36,294 nucleotides of DNA from a virus (lineage: Duplodnaviria; Caudoviricetes): IMG/VR virus record IMGVR_UViG_3300020043_001012, positions 1 through 36,294 of that record; one strand, 5' to 3'. The notes beneath the pieces were generated by a model that saw nothing but the letters and a program-made list of their open reading frames with translations, was not told where the DNA came from and ran no database searches. Below, piece after piece: positions 32,297 through 36,294 of this stretch. The translations under genes and the position numbers were made by a program. The first letter of the stretch is position 1. Each line of letters starts with the position of its first letter.

Positions 32297-32545
32297 TTAA
32301 GACTTTTTCAACTTAGGCAGTGGAGCCCAATGAGTGTAGAAGGTGTCCTTCCCGTGGTACTGCCCATACATGGCCACCCCACCCTTACCGAGTAACTGCA
32401 CCTTAGCACCACGGGGGCACGTTTCTATGGGTTGCCAGAAGTAGTTGTGGTCCACGGCTGCTGTGCCCGACTTGTCCAAACGATAGACGGGTATAGGGAT
32501 GCCAGTACCGTCTACGTCGCGCCACTCTACGAGTTCGGGGGTCAT
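32297..32545 (-). CDS. Hypothetical protein (WQPIETCP...THWAPLP, DUF551-like)
   Basis: Recognisable motif; last gene of the early array. Confidence 0.7.
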   Translation of the reverse strand: MTPELVEWRDVDGTGIPIPVYRLDKSGTAAVDHNYFWQPIETCPRGAKVQLLGKGGVAMYGQYHGKDTFYTHWAPLPKLKKS

Positions 32546-32643
32546 GTGTTCTTCTCCTTGAGAATCTTTTCAATCCTTCTCAATGTGTCTGCAATAGAGG
32601 CCAACGGCAATGCAATCAAAACAGCACCTATAAACTCAATCAT
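32542..32643 (-). CDS. Small hydrophobic peptide (33 aa); not in the ORF track
   Basis: MIEFIGAVLIALPLASIADTLRRIEKILKEKNT*; AAGGAG RBS and ATGA coupling. Confidence 0.6.
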   Translation of the reverse strand: MIEFIGAVLIALPLASIADTLRRIEKILKEKNT

Positions 32644-32646
32644 GTC

Positions 32647-33033
32647 TTACTCCTTGATGCCGTGGGCGGCTTCGATGGCTCGGGCAAATTCAATTCCAGT
32701 AGAGCCGCGCTGCACGTAAGTCTGCTCCCACAATTCAAGCACTTGCGCTTTTGTCAGCGGCTTGCGCTGTTGTGTGGTGAGGTAGATACTGTCCAATGCT
32801 TTTGAATACTCGGCATAGTCAGCATCACTGTTCAGGTTGTTTTGCAGAAATCTGTCAATCATGTCGTAGGCATCGCTACGCGCCACAGGCTCACCCTGCT
32901 CTTGCTTGGCTAGTGCTTCTTCTAGGGCTTTGATGGCATCTTCTGCATCTAATCGCTGACGCTCTTGTGAGCCTTTGTCATAGTGCAGATTTTCTAACGC
33001 CTCAAGCGCCAGCTTCATTGCTTCTTTACTCAT
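32647..33033 (-). CDS. Hypothetical protein (128 aa)
   Basis: Common mosaic phage frame EAMKLALEALE...QEQGEPVA...RKPLT...FARAIEAAHGIKE. Confidence 0.75.
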   Translation of the reverse strand: MSKEAMKLALEALENLHYDKGSQERQRLDAEDAIKALEEALAKQEQGEPVARSDAYDMIDRFLQNNLNSDADYAEYSKALDSIYLTTQQRKPLTKAQVLELWEQTYVQRGSTGIEFARAIEAAHGIKE

Positions 33034-33128
33034 AGCGGTGCATCCTCATGGTTGTCAGGGTTAAACCGTGGCACACGGGTGCCTTGGTCCTTGGGGTTGG
33101 GGAATGGGGGAAAGGGCCAAGTGGTCAT
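33030..33128 (-). CDS. Small Pro-rich peptide (32 aa); not in the ORF track
   Basis: MTTWPFPPFPNPKDQGTRVPRFNPDNHEDAPL*; ATGA overlaps on both sides. Confidence 0.6.
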   Translation of the reverse strand: MTTWPFPPFPNPKDQGTRVPRFNPDNHEDAPL

Positions 33129-33328
33129 GGTTTAGTCTTTACCATCATTTCACCATGTGCCCACGCACAATCGGCAGCAATTACCCGCAGTTCTTCGGCT
33201 TGCTGTTGACTGGCGTTAAGTTTGATGGATTTGTCCAAAACCATACTTAAAAACACTGGGATTGCTGCGATTGCAAAATCACGCACAAGTTGTTCACGCT
33301 CACGGCGGCGTTGTTTCCATTTGGTCAT
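33125..33328 (-). CDS. Hypothetical protein (67 aa)
   Basis: RDFAIAA...A..A..M pattern; ATGA coupling. Confidence 0.65.
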   Translation of the reverse strand: MTKWKQRRREREQLVRDFAIAAIPVFLSMVLDKSIKLNASQQQAEELRVIAADCAWAHGEMMVKTKP

Positions 33329-33519
33329 TCCTTGATCCCTCCAATGTGCATAGAAAAACTGGCTTTGGTGTCAGGCTCAAAGGGAAACTCTTGGATCAGG
33401 GTAACGGCACGATCTGCTGCACCGTTCCAACCATTCAAAAACACCAACCAAGCGGCATCACTGGTGGCCAGGCCCATGTCTCTAAAGAGTCGTTCAAATT
33501 CCAAGCGTGCGGGGGTCAT
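33325..33519 (-). CDS. Hypothetical protein (64 aa)
   Basis: Start MTPARLEF at 33519 with GGAGG RBS and ATGA coupling. Confidence 0.65.
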   Translation of the reverse strand: MTPARLEFERLFRDMGLATSDAAWLVFLNGWNGAADRAVTLIQEFPFEPDTKASFSMHIGGIKE

Positions 33520-33824
33520 TTGCGTGCCTCCGTGCCTGCTTTGATGGCTTTGTCGATGTATGTGGTGTCGTATGAGTACGAGTAGTCCGAACCTTCGCCA
33601 CCCCATGCACGCGCAACACTTTTACCATGTATCGCCCAATCCGTTGTGGCAACAAATGCGCCAACGATTAGCCGCGCAATGGCATAGAGCGCAAGACCCA
33701 CAAGGCAGTTCGATATTAAAGGCACACCATAGCTGGCAACAATGTACCAAATGGCCACGGTTTTAGCGTCATCCGTGACTGTCGCCACAGTGTCGAGTAT
33801 GAGTTTCAATTCTTCGATATTCAT
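33516..33824 (-). CDS. Hypothetical membrane protein (102 aa)
   Basis: Hydrophobic central segment; RBS and ATGA coupling. Confidence 0.65.
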   Translation of the reverse strand: MNIEELKLILDTVATVTDDAKTVAIWYIVASYGVPLISNCLVGLALYAIARLIVGAFVATTDWAIHGKSVARAWGGEGSDYSYSYDTTYIDKAIKAGTEARK

Positions 33825-34075
33825 TTGTTTGTTTCCTTTCTGTTTTCAGAATCAAATTGCGTAGGTAAACCATCCAAGCCAATTTGACAACGTGCGTGAA
33901 CTGATGCGACTTTAGCTAGTATCTCGCTTGGAATGTGTATAGACGCCATTACCGATAAAAGAAGTCGATGGAGTGGAATGCCAGTAATTAACGGCGTTCC
34001 GTCTGCTAGCTTCAATGTGATCGGCATATCCATGTTTGTAATGCCTTCAATTGTTACGCCTGCAATGTTGTTCAT
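33821..34075 (-). CDS. Hypothetical protein (84 aa)
   Basis: ATGA coupling; bracketed by an 18/19 junction repeat. Confidence 0.6.
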   Translation of the reverse strand: MNNIAGVTIEGITNMDMPITLKLADGTPLITGIPLHRLLLSVMASIHIPSEILAKVASVHARCQIGLDGLPTQFDSENRKETNK

Positions 34076-34212
34076 TTGTTTGTATCCTTCGAGTTAGTGG
34101 CACAGTGGATATGCACCCACCGTTTGTAGCCGTCAATTTCAATCAATCTGCTGCCTTGCATCGTGCGGGGCAGGCGGCACAGGGCGCAGAGTTTCACGGG
34201 TTCGTCGGTCAT
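34072..34212 (-). CDS. Small CxxC...HxxC protein (46 aa)
   Basis: MTDEPVKLCALCR...WVHIHC; GAGGT RBS, ATGA coupling. Confidence 0.6.
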   Translation of the reverse strand: MTDEPVKLCALCRLPRTMQGSRLIEIDGYKRWVHIHCATNSKDTNK

Positions 34213-34394
34213 GGTTCGTCTACCTCTTTGTCTTCCCTGCGTCCACAATCGTCGCATTGAGCATAGCCCCAGTGATGCTGGGTGTACATGGGGCCACCGC
34301 AGCGTGCGCACGATGGTTCGTCGTCATCTATGGCATCCCTGAGACATTCGATACACGAGCAATACCCAGTGCCGCAGTTTTGTGGTGTGGTCAT
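34209..34394 (-). CDS. Cys-rich zinc-ribbon-like protein (61 aa)
   Basis: NCGTGYCSCIEC, CARCGG, CDDCG. Confidence 0.65.
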   Translation of the reverse strand: MTTPQNCGTGYCSCIECLRDAIDDDEPSCARCGGPMYTQHHWGYAQCDDCGRREDKEVDEP

Positions 34395-34645
34395 GGCTTC
34401 GCCTTGGGTAGAAAATAGTCGTGAATCGTGGGCGCTATGGTTTCCAGTGAGCCCATTACATCCAACAATCTAACGGCAACGCTTGGGGGTGTGCGCTCCC
34501 CTGATTCCCACTTGATGTAGGTATGCACGGGGACGCCGAGATAATCGGCGGCTTGGGGCTTGGTTAATTTGAGTCGTTCCCTTAGTGCTGCAATGCGTGC
34601 AGAGGCTGGTGATAAGGGGGGTTTTAGGCGTGTTTGTTCAGTCAT
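34391..34645 (-). CDS. Cro/C1 (XRE) helix-turn-helix protein
   Basis: IAALRERLKLTKPQAADYLGVPVHTYIKWESGERTPP. Confidence 0.85.
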   Translation of the reverse strand: MTEQTRLKPPLSPASARIAALRERLKLTKPQAADYLGVPVHTYIKWESGERTPPSVAVRLLDVMGSLETIAPTIHDYFLPKAKP

Positions 34646-34678
34646 AGGGGGTTGCATAGGGTGAAGGGTTAGAGGGGC

Positions 34679-34738
34679 TTAAAAGCCCAAGATTTCCGAA
34701 ATGATGGCGGCAATGATGCACGCGACAATGATGGTCAT
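34679..34738 (-). CDS. 19-aa hydrophobic peptide; not in the ORF track
   Basis: MTIIVACIIAAIISEILGF*; ATGA overlap with the upstream gene and GGGAG RBS. Confidence 0.45.
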   Translation of the reverse strand: MTIIVACIIAAIISEILGF

Positions 34739-34926
34739 GCTCGGGCGCTCCCGCGATACTCAGCGCGTCCACGTTCGATCAGTTCCCGTGCATCTGCCAG
34801 GTCGCGCCCTTGCTCACTCGATAACATGGCTCGGATCTTTTGAGCTACTGCTCGGGCTTTGTCCACGCTTTGCGCCTTTTCGTATTTGCGCCCAATCTCA
34901 ATATATGCTGATTCGGTGTGGTTCAT
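34735..34926 (-). CDS. Hypothetical protein (63 aa)
   Basis: AAGGA RBS, ATGA coupling, helical. Confidence 0.65.
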   Translation of the reverse strand: MNHTESAYIEIGRKYEKAQSVDKARAVAQKIRAMLSSEQGRDLADARELIERGRAEYRGSARA

Positions 34927-35096
34927 GGTTTTAGTTTCCTTTTGAGTTGTTCAATCTGTATGCGCACGGCATCAGCTTGCGCCGCATAGCCTTTGCGCAG
35001 GATGTCACTGTGCCTGATAAAGTTTGAGGCTTGATCGTTTAGCCAGATCAGCCGCGCTTCTAGGATTTGCAATTGTTGCGCGGGGCTGGGGTTCAT
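34923..35096 (-). CDS. Hypothetical protein (57 aa); not in the ORF track
   Basis: MNPSPAQQLQILEARLIWLNDQASNFIRHSDILRKGYAAQADAVRIQIEQLKRKLKP*; ATGA overlaps on both sides. Confidence 0.65.
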   Translation of the reverse strand: MNPSPAQQLQILEARLIWLNDQASNFIRHSDILRKGYAAQADAVRIQIEQLKRKLKP

Positions 35097-35410
35097 GTGT
35101 CAAGCCCTTTCGTGAGACAGATTTGATTCACGCCATTAGCCCACATAGTGTGTCGTTCATAGGTAATAGCGCCATCGGCGGCTAGAAACGCGGCTTCGTC
35201 GCACTCCACGACTTCGGGGCCATCCTCCATGTCATAGTCAAGCATGAAATATCGAACGGGTAAGCGTTCCGTGTCTTCTAGTTCACCCTGTAGCGTGTCG
35301 CGTTCTGTCTCCACGTCTATCAGTTCACCCTGTAGCGCCGCGGTATCCGTGAAGCCCTCAGCGTAGGCTAGGCGTTCGCGTTCTTCTGTGGTCATTGTTT
35401 GAATATTCAT
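35093..35410 (-). CDS. Acidic hypothetical protein (105 aa)
   Basis: MNIQTMTTEERERLAYAEG...; internal 16-bp repeat AGTTCACCCTGTAGCG at 35280 and 35322. Confidence 0.65.
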   Translation of the reverse strand: MNIQTMTTEERERLAYAEGFTDTAALQGELIDVETERDTLQGELEDTERLPVRYFMLDYDMEDGPEVVECDEAAFLAADGAITYERHTMWANGVNQICLTKGLDT

Positions 35411-35415
35411 TTTGT

Positions 35416-35580
35416 TTAAACCTTTGTAATTTCTGATAGTGACCAATCGGCGTTTGTGTCGTTATGGTCACCCGTTTGTAATTCCATCCATGCGGCATCC
35501 TCTGCGGCTGATTCGTTTTCAGCCTCCACGGTTACCGTGACATAAGAAACGCGCTTTAATTCCACTTGGTAAGTTTTCAT
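35416..35580 (-). CDS. Small acidic protein (54 aa), DpnD/PcfM-like pattern; not in the ORF track
   Basis: MKTYQVELKRVSYVTVTVEAENESAAEDAAWMEL...; AAGGA RBS. Confidence 0.65.
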   Translation of the reverse strand: MKTYQVELKRVSYVTVTVEAENESAAEDAAWMELQTGDHNDTNADWSLSEITKV

Positions 35581-35585
35581 TTTGT

Positions 35586-35780
35586 TTAGTCCTTTGCGAA
35601 TGAGGCTTTGAATTGTTTAGAGGGGTAACGGGTTACAGCAGCCGCTACAGCGGCGCGGCATGTTGGATATGCGTTTGTGCTCCACGAATAAGCTGGGACA
35701 CCTTTGCGCAACTCATAGACGTGAATCTTGCGACGATAGACTGGGCCAAAATGCGCGGCGGCAATAACTGGGTTTCTCAT
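35586..35780 (-). CDS. Hypothetical basic protein (64 aa)
   Basis: GAGGTG RBS, ATGA coupling. Confidence 0.65.
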   Translation of the reverse strand: MRNPVIAAAHFGPVYRRKIHVYELRKGVPAYSWSTNAYPTCRAAVAAAVTRYPSKQFKASFAKD

Positions 35781-36079
35781 AGCGCCACCTCGTTCAGCAA
35801 AACTTGACCCTTACAGCGGCGAACATTTGCACCCAAGGCGCGAAGCCTTGAAAGCGTTGTATTGCTGGGCCACTGTTTGAGGGTTTTCGTGTCTATTTCT
35901 AAAGAACTGCATTTGTGCCAAAAATCGGCAATGTGGTTGCCGTGTAAATAGACCTCAGATCTACCGCCGAAAAGGTTTCCACTTTCACAGGTTGAGATGT
36001 AATAAACCGCCATATTTCCACAGCGCCAGTCTTTTCGTGCTTTGATGGCGTCGAGTGTTTGTTGTTCAATTTTGCGCAT
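35777..36079 (-). CDS. Hypothetical protein (100 aa)
   Basis: MRKIEQQ..AI...KDW..GN...VYLHGNHIA...W.SNTT.SRL.AL, a recurrent phage early-protein pattern; AAGGG RBS. Confidence 0.7.
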   Translation of the reverse strand: MRKIEQQTLDAIKARKDWRCGNMAVYYISTCESGNLFGGRSEVYLHGNHIADFWHKCSSLEIDTKTLKQWPSNTTLSRLRALGANVRRCKGQVLLNEVAL

Positions 36080-36089
36080 ATTGATCCCC

Positions 36090-36293
36090 TTAAAAGTTAC
36101 GGTACACAAAGCCACCTTCGACAGCGCCGACCAATGCGCCTTCGTCTTCTAAGTACTCGCGCACGGTTTCCTCTTTTTCGTCGTCATCTTCGCAGTCGTC
36201 TAAATCAATGCGATAGTTAGCTGCGATATTCTCGGTTCTGTCTTCCCTAAAGCCACCGCATACGGCGAAAACGTCCAATTCCAATTCATTTCC
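36090..36293 (-). CDS. Highly acidic early protein, 5'-truncated by the window edge
   Basis: The frame is open to the window end; IDLDDCEDDDEKEETVREYLEDEG. Confidence 0.6.
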   Translation of the reverse strand, partial: GNELELDVFAVCGGFREDRTENIAANYRIDLDDCEDDDEKEETVREYLEDEGALVGAVEGGFVYRNF

Positions 36294-36294
36294 G

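Noticed and set aside
34391-34645. XRE protein as a lysogeny repressor
   Set aside because: There is no integrase, partition genes, S24 peptidase domain or divergent cI/cro arrangement; it sits co-directionally within the early array.

Overview
This window is most of the genome of a tailed dsDNA phage with a P22-like short-tail (podovirus) virion module. The nested Rz/Rz1 spanin pair indicates a Gram-negative host. Bases 2-20619 (+ strand) carry late genes: the 3' part of terminase large subunit, a GroES co-chaperonin, P22-type portal, a Dps/ferritin-like protein, scaffold, P22 gp5-type coat, decoration protein, gp4/gp10-like tail proteins, tail fibres, a cupin, three ejection proteins, an array of small adhesin-like and chaperone-like genes, and a lysis cassette. 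Bases 20607-29491 (- strand) form a replication and nucleotide operon: RHH regulator, DUF2800 exonuclease, Tad1-like anti-defence sponge, DUF2815 SSB, family-B DNA polymerase, dATP/dGTP diphosphohydrolase domain protein, VRR-NUC, PAPS-reductase-like protein, SNF2 helicase and MazG-like protein. A divergent Prim-Pol/PriCT-2/DUF3987 primase (+) follows, then a tightly coupled array of small early genes (-). No integrase, tRNA or CRISPR array was seen. The strongest observations are: (1) a Tad1 homologue bracketed by a perfect 19-bp duplication of an RBS+ATG unit, with two more such junction repeats elsewhere, suggesting gene cassettes exchanged at translation-initiation sites; (2) a multi-stem pseudoknot-capable RNA element just upstream of the RBS that feeds the DNA polymerase; (3) a modular tail-fibre/adhesin array with a shared C-terminal motif; (4) a dyad-symmetric bidirectional promoter whose boxes recur about 8 kb away. 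All family assignments come from recognising motifs by eye; no searches were run.
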